Below are positions 41,714 through 55,255 of a stretch of 64,000 nt of DNA, in pieces (position 1 is the stretch's first letter; each line of letters begins with the position of its first letter). The translations under genes and the position numbers were made by a program. Source of the DNA: Eledone cirrhosa (Eukaryota); NCBI GenBank assembly GCA_964016885.1, contig OZ024754.1:27280001-27344000 (forward strand), given 5' to 3'. The notes under the pieces were generated by a model. The model saw only the letters and a program-made list of their open reading frames with translations, was not told where the DNA came from and did no database searches.

Positions 41714-42449
41714 AGAAACATACTAAAGAAATAAACATTACATGCCCTCGAAGATTCGACATTGTCATATATTCTCTAAACATTGAGTAATAATTGGTTT
41801 CCTTGTTTATTTTCTTTTTCTTTTCTTGGTATAAAGAAGAGGCAATGTTTATTTATTTCTATACATGATGGGAAGTTGTGGCACTCATATGCATTACAGT
41901 GTATATAGTGAAGGGAAATAGAACATCGAAAGAGAATAGGTTCTTCGTTTAAATAAAGGAAAAAATAGAAAGAAAAAAAGAAAAAAGGTATGGAAGGAAA
42001 AGTTGAAGGAAGAGGGTGGGGAAGAATATAATAAGCAAAAAAGGAACAGGTGAAGCAAAGGAGGGGAATGTGGAAGAAGAAGAAGAAGAAGAAGAAGAAG
42101 AAGAAGAAGAAGAAGAAGAAGAAGAAGAAGAAGAAGAAGAAGGGTTAGGAGGGGGAATGGAGAAGTAGGAGTGGCAAGAAAAGATGACAAATGCTATTCA
42201 GATTAATATTAAAATAACGGATAACTGAATAAATTAGTTTCTTTAGTAATATATTCGGCTTTACCTACAGAAATGGGGCAGGTGGTATTTCTGTAAAGGT
42301 GTTTACTTATGAGTAAATTTAAGCAGAATTTGAAACTGCGTCATCGCCCTTCACATCCTGGGCTCTAATATCGTGCAATATTCCACAGAAACATTTTACA
42401 AGAGATAATTTATGGGTTTGTATATGTGTTGCTGTTGGATTCCCATCGG

Positions 42450-42741
42450 TTGCAACGATGAGTGGTCAGTTGTTCTAGCAAGGGAAGAGGTTGCTCAAGT
42501 AAATAAGGTGCCACTGAAGGAACATTCCAGAGTCACATATGACCCTAACGTTTTTATCATGGAAATGCAGCGTGATACAGTATGTGACACATCGGGCCTT
42601 TTGAATAAAAATTACACCTCATTTTTTCCAGCTAAGAGAAATAAAATGCATTTCTGACTGAAAGAACGTACTGCAGGGAATCGAACTCGCGACCATACGA
42701 TAGTGAACCAAATCCCCATAAAAACTAAGCCACGTACCTTC
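42450..42741 (-). mobile_element. Degenerate tRNA-derived (CORE-type-like) SINE
   Basis: Minus strand GAAGGTACGTGGCTTAGT...GGTCGCGAGTTCGATTCCC (A and B boxes); family assignment from memory. Confidence 0.6.
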
Positions 42742-42977
42742 ACAACAGGAGAAAATATTTTGTGAGATACGCAGTTTCAAAGGGAAAAGCGTAATGATCT
42801 TGGATGGAATAGAATTGATTTTACGTGATCCCTGTACGGACTGACATGTGGCTAAACTACAAACGACTACTGGTAGTAATAATTAAGGATTTTAGGGGTT
42901 CAGTCGGGGATTTATGTCAAAGACACCGTAGTGAAAAGTTATTGCACATATAATGGGATACACACGTTGTATGTATG

Positions 42978-43067
<90 letters not shown>

Positions 43068-43068
43068 C

Positions 43069-43100
<32 letters not shown>

Positions 43101-43442
43101 ATATATGTATATATACACACACATATATATATATGTATATGTCCGTATTTGTGTGTGCACGTGTATGTGTGTAAAGTTATATAGATGGGCATGGTTATTT
43201 GAATATACGCATTAAAATGTGTATACATTATAATTCGTGAACATATACACACATACACACACACACACACATATATATATATGTGTGTATGTGTGCAGCA
43301 GTGCAAGCCAGTACAAATTACGTACAACTCTAGACCATGTGTCATCTTCATAGTTGATCATGGAATCAATGTATTGTTGTGAACAGAACAAATGAAACTA
43401 GACTGGTGTTGTAGTCTCAAGTATATTACAAACACACACACA

Positions 43443-43590
<148 letters not shown>

Positions 43591-43641
43591 GAGAGATATA
43601 TAGTGCCAATTTATACGGGAACAAAACAGAGAGGCAGACAA

Positions 43642-43698
<57 letters not shown>

Positions 43699-43849
43699 TA
43701 TTAAATTGTTAAACAATATTCGATGATTATGTCAAAGAATGATTTTTAAAGCACTCAACGAAAAATAAATTTCAGGAGTTATTAATATAAGTATTTACCT
43801 TGATTAAATCTTAACCATTTAATATCTCAGGTATGTCATGTATCATTAT

Positions 43850-43902
43850 ATTTTGTCTGATGAGGACGTACTGTTGTACATCCGTAATATGTATAATAAA
43901 AT
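43850..43902 (+). ncRNA. HHR-like motif in a TA-flanked element (~43697-43940), probably inactive
   Basis: ATTTTGT-CTGATGA-GGACGTAC-TGTT-GTACATCC-GTAA(GAAA mutated)-TATGTA-TA^ATAAAAT. Confidence 0.65.
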
Positions 43903-43938
43903 GTAATTGATCAAAAGAACATCTATTTTATTAATGCT

Positions 43939-44008
<70 letters not shown>

Positions 44009-44036
44009 CATACACACAAATATATATATATATATA

Positions 44037-44236
44037 TATTTTATAGAAGGAGCTTATACAGGACTAGTACTGTTTCATTCAGATGAAATCTTCAGGAAGC
44101 TTCCTGAAGATTTCATCTGAATGAAACAGTACTAGTCCTGTAGAAGCTCCTTCTATAAAATAAAAAAAAATTTTACTCTGCCATGTATTGAGTACCTTAC
44201 TTACTGTGGTTATCCCCGACTCAACCCGGGACCTAC

Positions 44237-44240
<4 letters not shown>
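44037..44240 (+). mobile_element. Fold-back element: 63-bp arms centred on AAG|CTT, back-to-back HHR cores, ~78-bp tail
   Basis: CTGAAGA-TTTCATCTGAAT-GAAAC-AGTACTA-GTC at 44104-44137, mirrored at 44062-44095; (TA)n both sides. Confidence 0.88.
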
Positions 44241-44273
<33 letters not shown>

Positions 44274-44516
44274 CACACAAGTATCTCGCCCTCTCTACAT
44301 ATATACACAAATATAATCGAAAAAGCTTAGGCTTCAAACGGAGGGCTTATATGTCTACTAATGTTAATTATTTTTAATAATGAAGTTAATAATGAAGTTA
44401 GGGGCTGAAACACTCGCTTGAGGACACAGGGTCTTCAGGGGAGACCTTGTGTCCAGCTCAACTAAGAGTTTCTTACCACGAGTCTTAAAACTGAAAATTG
44501 ATAAAATATAAACCAT

Positions 44517-44567
<51 letters not shown>

Positions 44568-44574
44568 TATGTAG

Positions 44575-44721
44575 TTGACAGCTGAGAGAAAGAAGTACTC
44601 AATACAGAAGTAGATGTTAAATGTTCATTTTATTAAGGCTAAATAGTTTTGTTACTCTGTTCTTGAGTGATGAACCTGTGATAAACAGGCGAAACTCTAG
44701 AGTAACGAGCCTTATTAAAAC

Positions 44722-44725
<4 letters not shown>
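44575..44725. mobile_element. HHR-bearing element family H copy 1 (degenerate fold-back)
   Basis: GTGATGA-A-CCTGT-GATAA-ACAGG-C-GAAAC-TCTAGA-GTA at 44667-44704; short IR TTTTATTAAGGCT / AGCCTTATTAAAA. Confidence 0.6.
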
Positions 44726-44818
<93 letters not shown>

Positions 44819-45192
44819 TTTGTTAAATACATTCATTCGGGACAGTAGTGTAAATGTCATTTGTAAGTGAAATATATTACACACACTCCTCACCTTATAT
44901 TTATTACGGAACAACATTCTAATCTTATTCCTTCTGCTCCTATCCCAATCTCTCTTGCGCACTCTCTTCCCCATTTCCTCCCTCATATGTACATGTATAT
45001 ATATAGGTATACATATATATACACACACACACACGCACACACACACTAATATATATATATATATATATATATGCATATATATATATATAGGCGATAGGGT
45101 ATAACAGTTATGTAAAGGTGGGGATTTTCGGGTCTAAAGACATGTTTTCAAGTCTTAGAGTCACAAAGTAGATTAACACTTCTACTCCCCGC

Positions 45193-45270
<78 letters not shown>

Positions 45271-45489
45271 TATATATTTGTATGTATGTATGTATGTAAT
45301 TATACACACATATATATATATATATACACATGCACACATATAACATATATTACTTTTATCGTTTACTGAGTTTTTCTTCTCCAGTTTATGAAAGCTAGAG
45401 TATATAATGTAATGTGAGAGTAGATTATACATAAATACTGACACAACACACACAAACCTACACACACACACAGATATATACACACACAC

Positions 45490-45539
<50 letters not shown>

Positions 45540-45568
45540 ATGTTGATGTAAATATATATATTTATATA

Positions 45569-45786
45569 TAATAAAGGAATTGTGGTAAGGAACCAGATGG
45601 ACCATAACGCACCAGAGTACTCAATACTTAGGGTAGTAGAGTTGGAAATAGGAAAAAGTATGACCCCGACGGCAGAGCGCAAGCCGTTTCGACGGCTATT
45701 TCTGGACTATTTGAGTCCAGAAACTATTTGAGTCCAGAAATAGCCGTCGAAACGGCTTGAGCTCTGCCGCCGGGGTCATATTTTTT

Positions 45787-45790
<4 letters not shown>
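45569..45790 (-). mobile_element. Fold-back family A copy 9
   Basis: Hairpin with duplicated loop segment CTATTTGAGTCCAGAAA; in (TA)n. Confidence 0.85.
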
Positions 45791-45834
<44 letters not shown>

Positions 45835-46005
45835 CTATACTGTATGAAAAACAATCTCAATATCACGATTGTAAATACTACATGTACCGACCCCACCCTC
45901 ATATATACGGAATATATAAGAAAATAAGAAACAACAGATTTTTTTAAAATGAATAATTACAACAGAATCCATGTGTTAATAAAATAATTAATATTTTTCC
46001 TATAC

Positions 46006-46123
<118 letters not shown>

Positions 46124-46144
46124 AAATATATAAATATATATATA

Positions 46145-46334
46145 TATGCAGACCTTATATTTAATTTGTTGGGATTCAACAATGTTAAATTTTTTATAAC
46201 TGATATAAAGCACTCAACAATGTTTTATCTGATGTAGGCGCACCATAATTTCCCTTGGTTGCCCTTGAAATATATATAATAAAATAATAAAATAATTATG
46301 GTTTTATAAATATAGTTTCCATTTATTAATATAT

Positions 46335-46424
<90 letters not shown>

Positions 46425-46515
46425 ATATATTAATAAATGGAAACTATATTTATAAAACCATATTTATAATAGAATATTTACGGTTTTATAAATATAGTTT
46501 CCATTTATTTAATAT
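46145..46515 (+). mobile_element. HHR-like element related to 43697-43940, with IR copies around an internal (TA)n
   Basis: TTTTAT-CTGATGT-AGGCGCACC...GGTTGCCCTT-GAAA-TATATA-TA^ATAAAA (46223-46284); shared AAAGCACTCAAC; GGTTTTATAAATATAGTTTCCATTTATT at ~46300, inverted at ~46431-46460 and direct again at ~46482. Confidence 0.6.
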
Positions 46516-46610
46516 CATTGAATATCCAGAAAACTATCGAGTGCTCTGAATCGGTTATAAACATCTATATTTGTTGGATTTCCAACAAATTAAATATCTC
46601 TTCTACATAT

Positions 46611-46792
<182 letters not shown>

Positions 46793-47180
46793 TATATATA
46801 CATATACTTATATATATATATATACATGGATACTTATATGTATGTTTATATACACACACCAAGACACACACATAAACACACACACACGTATATATATAAT
46901 GTTTTGTGTGTGTTTTTCTCTGTTTGTCTGTGTCTGTGTGTGTGCATGTGTCATTAAGTATGTCATATGTATATAGTTGTATAATTTAGTAGTAAAGTGT
47001 CTTGCCGCCTTACCTGTGTTGTGTCTGTCCTTGCTTGATGCAGCGTATCCCGGGGGTAAAAAAAGTATCTTGTTTTTTTTTTTCTTTTTGTGGCGGCGGC
47101 GCTTAAATCCACACACACACACATAAAGTACCAAAACACTTCCACCACCACCAATAACAACAACAAAATGATAATAATAA

Positions 47181-47229
<49 letters not shown>

Positions 47230-47599
47230 GTAATAATAATAATAATAGTAATAATATTAATGATAATAGTAATGTTAGGATCACAACGGGGGCTATGATG
47301 ACGATGGCCTAAAGATCATCCAGTGTAGAACCTCATGCGCAGGTACCCAGAACATTTAGAAAACATACACACCCCTGCTGTGAACTTTTTCCCCCCACTT
47401 CTTACTCTTTGTTTTGTTCTCTTTTTCTGTGTGTTTTATCTTCGTTTCCCCCTGCTTTGCCTCCCCTCCACCTTCCACTCACATCCATTCACTAACTCCT
47501 TTGCCATCCGCTCCGCTGTCGTGTGTTTTGGCGATGTTTCTTTTTTACGGAAGCGGTGCTTGTTAGATTGGTAGATGTGTGGTAGCGGCAGAGTCGTTG

Positions 47600-47757
47600 T
47601 CTGTGCTTGATGGTGGTGATGGTGGTGATGATGATGGTGATGGTGTTGTTGTTGGTGGTGGTGGTGGTGTGGAGACTGTAGCAACAGCAACAGCACTTGC
47701 AGCGGCAACAGCAACAGGAGTAGAATTGGCACTACCAACAAGAGCAGCAGCAGCAAT

Positions 47758-47790
<33 letters not shown>

Positions 47791-49290
47791 GGCAGCACTA
47801 GCACCAACAAGCGCAGCTGTAAGAAAACTAACAACTCCACTAAGAAACAACTGCAGCAGCAATAACCACCGCAGCAGCAATAACTCTAACAATCAGCACC
47901 AGTATTCGTACTAACTATCACAGTGGTAATAACAGTAACAACAATAACAAACTGCAACAGTAGCAGCACTACAATAACAACAACATCAGCAGCAACAACA
48001 GCAGAAACCGCAGCAGTAATAGATAAAGATTGCTATCAAAACTATTGTAAGTGCGGCAACAGTAACACCAACAACAATTACTATAACCACATAAGTTATA
48101 ACAACACCAACCGCAGCAACAATAACTACAGCAGCAACAATAGCTACAGAAGCAACAGTAACTGCAGCAGCAATAGTAGCAACATCAGCAACAATATCTA
48201 CATCAGCAACAATAACTACAGCAACAACAATAACAACAACAGCAACAGCAGCAACAATATTGCAGCAGCAACAGTAGCAACAGTAGCAACAGTAGCAACA
48301 GTAACTACAGCAGCAGCAATAACTACAGCAACAGCAATAACTACAACAGCAACAGCAGCAACAATAACTGCAGCAACAGCAGCAACAATAACTGCAGCAG
48401 CAGCAACAGTAGCTACAGTAGCAACAGTAGCAACAATAATTACAGCAGCTACAGTAGCAACAGTAGCAGCAATAACTACAGCAACAGCAATAACTACAAC
48501 AGCAACAGAAGCTACAGTAGCAACAGTAGCAACAATAATTACAGCAACAGCAATAACTACAGCAGCAACAGCAGCAAAAATAACTGCATCAGCTACAGTA
48601 GCTACAGTAGCAACAATAATTACAGCAGCAACAATAACTACAGCAGCAACAGCAGCAACAATAACTGCATCAGCTACAGTAGCTACAGTAGCAACAATAA
48701 TTACAGCAGCAACAATAACTACAACAGCAACAGCAGCAACAGTAGCTACAGTAGCAGCAATAACTACAGCAGCAGCAATAACTACAGCAACAGCAATAAC
48801 TACAACAGCAACAGCAGCAACAATAACTACATCAGCTACAGTAGCAACAATAATTACAGCAACAGCAATAACTACAGCAGCAACAGCAGCAACAGTAGCT
48901 ACAGTAGCAGCAGCAACAGTAGTCACAGCAGCAGCAATAACTACATTAACAGCAATAACTACAACAGCAACAGCAGCAACAATAACTGCATCATCAACAG
49001 TAGCTACATCAGCAGCAGCAGCAGTAGCTACAGCAGCAACAGTAGCTACAGTAGCAACAATAACTACAGCAACAGCAACAGTAGCAACAATAACAACAAC
49101 AACAATAACTATAATCACACCAGTTATAGTAGCATGAGCAGCAGCAGCAACATGAGCAGAAACAACCGCAGCAGAAACTGCAGCAACATATTTGATTTAG
49201 AAGTAAAAACTACTACAAACAAGTATTGTAAGTGCGACAACAACAACAGCTACAACAACAACAACAACAACAATAGTTACACTATAACAG

Positions 49291-49322
<32 letters not shown>

Positions 49323-49410
49323 GCAATAATAACAATAACTATACTCTAGTGACAACAACAGCAACAATAGGAATAACAATAATAGCGATACTATAACGAC
49401 ATCAACAACT

Positions 49411-49445
<35 letters not shown>

Positions 49446-49647
49446 TGCAGCAACAACAACAACAGCAGCAGCAAAACCAACAACAGCAGCAACAACAACT
49501 GCAGCAGCAACAATAACAGCAGCAGCAACAACATTTGCAGCAGCAACAACAACAGCAGCAGCAAAACCAACAACAGCACAACAACAACTGCAGCAGCAAC
49601 AACAACAGCAGCAGCAAAACCAACAACAGCAGCAACAACAACTGCTG

Positions 49648-49694
<47 letters not shown>

Positions 49695-50035
49695 GCAACA
49701 ACAACTGCAGCAGCAACAATAACAGCAGCATCAACAACAACGGCAGCAGCAACAACAACTGCAGCAGAAACAATAACAGCAGCAGCAAAACCAACAACAG
49801 CAACAACAACAACAACTGCAGCAACAACAACAGTAGCAGCAACAACAACAGCAGCAGCAGAAACAACAACTGCAGCAGCAACAACAACTGCAGTAGCAAC
49901 AACAACAGCAGCAGCAACAACAACTGCTGCAGCAACAACAACAGCAGCAGCAAAACCACAACAGCAGCAACAACAACTGCAGCAGCAACAACAACAGTAG
50001 CAGCAGAAACAACAACTGCAGCAGCAACAACAACT

Positions 50036-50070
<35 letters not shown>

Positions 50071-50167
50071 TACAGCAGCAGCAACAACTACAGCAGCAGC
50101 AACAACAACTGCAGCAGCAACAACAACAGTAGCAGCAGAAACAACAACTGCAGCAGCAACAACAACT

Positions 50168-50202
<35 letters not shown>

Positions 50203-50246
50203 TGCAGCAGCAACAACAACTACAGCAGCAGCAACAACTACAGCAG

Positions 50247-50280
<34 letters not shown>

Positions 50281-51063
50281 AGCAACAACAATAGAGGCAC
50301 TATAACAACAACAACAACAGCAACAACAATAGAGGCACTATAACAACAACAATAACAACAACACCAACAACAATAGAGGCACTATAACAACAACAACAAC
50401 ACCAACAACAATAGAGGCACTATAACAACAACAACAACAACAACACCAACAACAATAGAGGCACTATAACAACAACAGCAACAACAACAACAGCAACAAC
50501 AGTAGAGGCACTATAACAACAACAACAGCAACAACAGCAACAACAATAGAGGCACTATAACAACAACAACAACAACAACAACAACAGCAACAACAATAGA
50601 GGCACTATAACAACAACAACAGCAACAACAACAACAGCAACAACAGCAACAACAATAGAGGCACTATAACAACAACACCAACAACAGCAACAACAATAGA
50701 GGCACTATAACAACAACAACAACAACAACAACAACAATAGAGGCACTATAACAACAACAACAACAACAACACCAACAACAATAGAGGCACTATAACAACA
50801 ACAACAATAACAACAACACCAACAACAATAGAGGCACTATAACAACAACAACAACAGCACCAACAACAATAGAGGCACTATAACAACAACAACAACAACA
50901 ACACCAACAACAATAGAGGCACTATAACAACAACAACAACAACAACAACAACACCAACAACACCAACAACAATAGAGGCACTATAACAACAACAACACCA
51001 ACAACAATAGAGGCACTATAACAACAACAACAGCAACAACAGCAACAACAATAGAGGCACTAT

Positions 51064-51099
<36 letters not shown>

Positions 51100-51520
51100 A
51101 CCAACAACAATAGAGGCACTATAACAACAACAACACCAACAACAACACCAACAACAATAGAGGCACTATAACAACAACAACAACAACACCAACAACAATA
51201 GAGGCACTATAACAACAACAGCAACAACAACAGCAGCAGTAACAACTAGATATAGTAATAACTGTTGTGATGTGAGCGGAAGGTAGAGAGAAATGAAGGA
51301 AAAGAGGAAAAAAGTAAAGAAAGAAAAAATGTTAACAAAATTATGAATGAAAGGTTAAAGGAGGAGAAAAAGTGGCGATACTCGGAGTAGTTAATAAAAC
51401 ATACAGCAGCAACTACTACTACAGCAGCAGCTACTACTACTGTTACTACTAATAATAGTACTGCGGCTGACACTACTACTACTACTACCACTACTACTGC
51501 TACTACAGCTGCTGATATTG

Positions 51521-51576
<56 letters not shown>

Positions 51577-51620
51577 GTTGCTGCTGCTACTACTACTACT
51601 GCTGCAGCTGCAGCTGCTTC
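47600..51620. repeat. Large CAG/CAA triplet-derived satellite complex, including an ATAGAGGCACTATA(ACA)n array at 50290-51220
   Basis: Direct reading; ~25 copies of fixed ATAGAGGCACTATA separated by variable-length CAA runs. Confidence 0.9.
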
Positions 51621-52434
51621 ACAGAAACATAACAGTAACTATTACAGTCAACGAAGCAATTAGCGCAGGTAAACTACAAAAATAAAAACACCTTTAGAAT
51701 GAAAACAACAACAATAATAAAAGCAACAACAACAATGCCCTCAACATCAATAACACTAGCACCCCACCACCACCACTTACACCACCACCATCACCACCAC
51801 CAACACCCCACCACACCCCAACAACAGCAATAACAACATTGTCCTCAACATCAATAAATCTAGCACCACCACCACCACCACCACCACCACCACCACCACC
51901 ACCACCAACACCCCACTTACACCACCATCACGACCAATGCCCCATTTACCCACCAACACACCCACCAAATCCCCAGCAACGACAACGACATCAACAACAA
52001 CAACCACAGTAAAGCAAAAGATAGTACAATTGATATTAGCAAGAGTCTCAAATTTAGGCAGAATTTGGTGAAAGGTGGGAATTGACCCAAAGACTGGTAC
52101 TTTATTTTATCGACCCTGGTTTCTTATTTAGGCACAAGACCAACAATTTGGGGGACGGGAAAGTCGATTATATCGACCCAAATGTCTTACTGGTACTTTA
52201 TTTTATCGACTCTGTAAGGATGAATGACAAAGTTTACATGGGTGGGGCTTGAGAGCAATGATATAGATTACAGTCACAACAACATAGAATTGAATCACAA
52301 CAGTAACTAGAATAACAAAAATAACAAAAATCAAATACAACAGCATGAATAATAACAACAATAAACAACAGTATTAACATCAACAATAACGATAAGAGTA
52401 ATAAAATATATATTAATCATAATAAATTAATACA

Positions 52435-52785
52435 AGAACAGATTAGGATTGCACCGAGGGTACTTTGGAGTAAGGTTACTCGATAGAGTGCGTAGCTCGG
52501 TGATCGTTACTCCAGGTAGAGCTGCTACTAATCTGAATTGAAAGATCACAGCTTCGATATGATGGGCATGGGGTTGTCTCAGGAAAGAACTGCTGGACAG
52601 ATTTTACGGACAAAAGTAACCGACTGGAGAATTAGGGCTAGACCCCGAAAAAGATGGTTGGATAATATCCATAACCTCGGCTGGTCTCACTTGGGGATCC
52701 AGCCGGATCAGTTGGAGACGGTTGCTTTTGACGGGGACCCGCTGGAAGGATGCTTGGTCCTCTCAAGAAGAAGAAGAAGAAGAAG
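52435..52785 (+). pseudogene. RTE-clade LINE 3' fragment (second family) with (GAA)n tail
   Basis: GVRLLDRVRSS..., IERSQLR, SQERTAGQILRTK...RPRKRWLDNIHNLGWSHLGI; paralogous to 61200-61460. Confidence 0.75.
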
Positions 52786-52841
52786 GACGACACTATAGAT
52801 CTGAACCTACAACAAGAACAACGACAATGATAGTAAAATAT

Positions 52842-53240
52842 ATAATTGTTTCTACTTTTTGGCACAAGGCCAGCAATTACCCAGTGTATTACTGGTACTT
52901 TATTTTATCGACCCCGTAAGGATGAAAGGCAAAGTTAACCTCGGCGGGATTTGAACTCAGAATGGCAAGGGCCGTAACTCAATGCGTCAAAGCATGGCGT
53001 CCGACCCTCTACCAATATTGCCAATCCACCGCCTAATAATTGTTTCTACTTTTGGCACAAGGCCATCAATTATGCCAGTGTATTACTGGTACTTTATTTT
53101 ATCGACCCCATAAGGATGAAAGGCAAAGTTAACCTCGGTGGGATTTGAACTCAAACCATAAAGGGCCGTAATTCTTTGCTGCAAAGCATGGTGTCCGACC
53201 CCCCCCCCCCCTCTCTACCGATACTGCCAATCCACCGCCC
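52842..53240 (-). mobile_element. Two tandem full-length SINEs (52842-53033, 53034-53240)
   Basis: Both colinear with the dominant SINE. Confidence 0.88.
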
Positions 53241-53319
53241 TTTTGTAAACAAATAATACAATATCAAAATATATAAAAAAGTAATAAAAAAAATTCCTCC
53301 AATGATTCCTTAGCATGGC

Positions 53320-53398
53320 CTGGACACTGGCCGCGTACCGGTAGCTGATGGCTCGCGTACCGGCAACGGTCCGCGGACCACCACTTTGAGTAGCACTG
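53320..53398. mobile_element. hAT-type MITE terminal fragment
   Basis: ...GGTCCGCGGACCACCACTTTGAGTAGCACTG resembles a hAT TIR end; partner end not seen. Confidence 0.5.
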
Positions 53399-53419
53399 AT
53401 GTAGGTGACAGTATTGCAG

Positions 53420-55255
53420 CTGGTGGTGGTTTTGGTGTTGGTGGTTGGGTTGTGGTGGTGACGGTATTGGTGGTAATAGCGGTGATGGTGGTGGTGGTGT
53501 TGGTGGTAACAGTGGTGATGGTGGTTGTGGTGACGGTGAAGGGTTTGCGTTGGCGGTGGTGATGGTGTTGATGGAGGTTCAGTGGTGGTGGTGATGGTGT
53601 TGATGGAGGTTCAGTGGTGGTGGAGGTGTTGGTGGTTGGGTTGGTGGTGGTGACGGTATTGGTGGTAATAGCGGTGATGGTGGTGGTGGTGTTGGTGGTA
53701 ACAGTGGTGATGGTGGTGGTGGTGGTGTTGGTGGTAACAGTGGTGATGGTGGTTGTGGTGACGGTGAAGGGTTTGCGTTGGCGGTGGTGATGGTGTTGAT
53801 GGAGTTTCAGTGGTGGGGGTGTTGGTAATAGTGGTAATGGTGGTTGTGGTGATGGTGGTTGTGGTGAAGTGGTTGTGTTGGCGGTGGTGATGGTGTTGAT
53901 GGAGGTTCAGTGGTGGGGGTGTTGGTAATAGTGGTAATGGTGGTTGTGGTGATGGTGGTTGTGGTGAAGTGGTTGTGTTGGCGGTGGTGATGGTGTTGAT
54001 GGAGTTTCAGTGGTGGGGGTGTTGGTAATAGTGGTAATGGTGGTTGTGGTGATGGTGGTTGTGGTGAAGTGGTTGTGTTGGCGGTGGTGATGGTGTTGAT
54101 GGAGGTTCAGTGGTGGGGGTGTTGGTAATAGTGGTAATGGTGGTTGTGGTGATGGTGGTTGTGGTGAAGTGGTTGTGTTGGCGGTGGTGATGGTGTTGAT
54201 GGAGTTTCAGTGGTGGGGGTGTTGGTAATAGTGGTAATGGTGGTTGTGGTGATGGTGGTTGTGGTGAAGTGGTTGTGTTGGCGGTGGTGATGGTGTTGAT
54301 GGAGTTTCAGTGGTGGGGGTGTTGGTAATAGTGGTAATGGTGGTTGTGGTGATGGTGGTTGTGGTGAAGTGGTTGTGTTGGCGGTGGTGATGGTGTTGAT
54401 GGAGTTTCAGTGGTGGGGGTGTTGGTAATAGTGGTAATGGTGGTTGTGGTGATGGTGGTTGTGGTGAAGTGGTTGTGTTGGCGGTGGTGATGGTGTTGAT
54501 GGAGGTTCAGTGGTGGGGGTGTTGGTAATAGTGGTAATGGTGGTTGTGGTGATGGTGGTTGTGGTGAAGTGGTTGTGTTGGCGGTGGTGATGGTGTTGAT
54601 GGAGGTTCAGTGGTGGGGGTGTTGGTAATAGTGGTAATGGTGGTTGTGGTGATGGTGGTTGTGGTGAAGTGGTTGTGTTGGCGGTGGTGATGGTGTTGAT
54701 GGAGTTTCAGTGGTGGGGGTGTTGGTAATAGTGGTAATGGTGGTTGTGGTGATGGTGGTTGTGGTGAAGTGGTTGTGTTGGCGGTGGTGATGGTGTTGAT
54801 GGAGGTTCAGTGGTGGGGGTGTTGGTAATAGTGGTTTTGGTGATGGTGGTTGTGGTGACGGTGAAGGGTTTCTGTTGGCGGTGGTGATGGTGTTGATGGA
54901 GGTTCAGTGGTGGTGGAGGTGTTGGTGGTAACAGTGGTGATGGTGTTGGTGGAGGTTCAGTGGTGGTGGTGGTGGTGATGGTGTTGGTGGTAACAGTGGT
55001 GATGGGCTGGAGGTGACGGTGGAGGGGTTGTGTTGGCGGTGGTGGTGATGGTGGTGGTGATGATACAGTTGGTGCTGTTGTTGGTAGTGGTGGTGCTGGT
55101 GATATTGATAGTGGTGTTGATGGTGGTGATGGTGGTGGTGGTGGTGATACAGTTGATGCTGTTGTTGTTGGTGCTATTGTTGGTGTTGTTGTTGGTGTTA
55201 TTGTTGGTGTTATTGTTGGTGTTGTTCTTGTTGGTGTTGGTGTTGGTGTTATGCT
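53420..55255. repeat. GGT-rich satellite with an exact 100-bp unit x10 (53801-54800)
   Basis: GGAG(G/T)TTCAGTGGTGGGGGT recurs at 53801, 53901 ... 54801. Confidence 0.92.

Noticed and set aside
50290-51220. CRISPR-like repeat-spacer appearance
   Set aside because: Repeat is only 14 bp, spacers are CAA runs rather than unique sequence, the context is eukaryotic and there are no cas genes.
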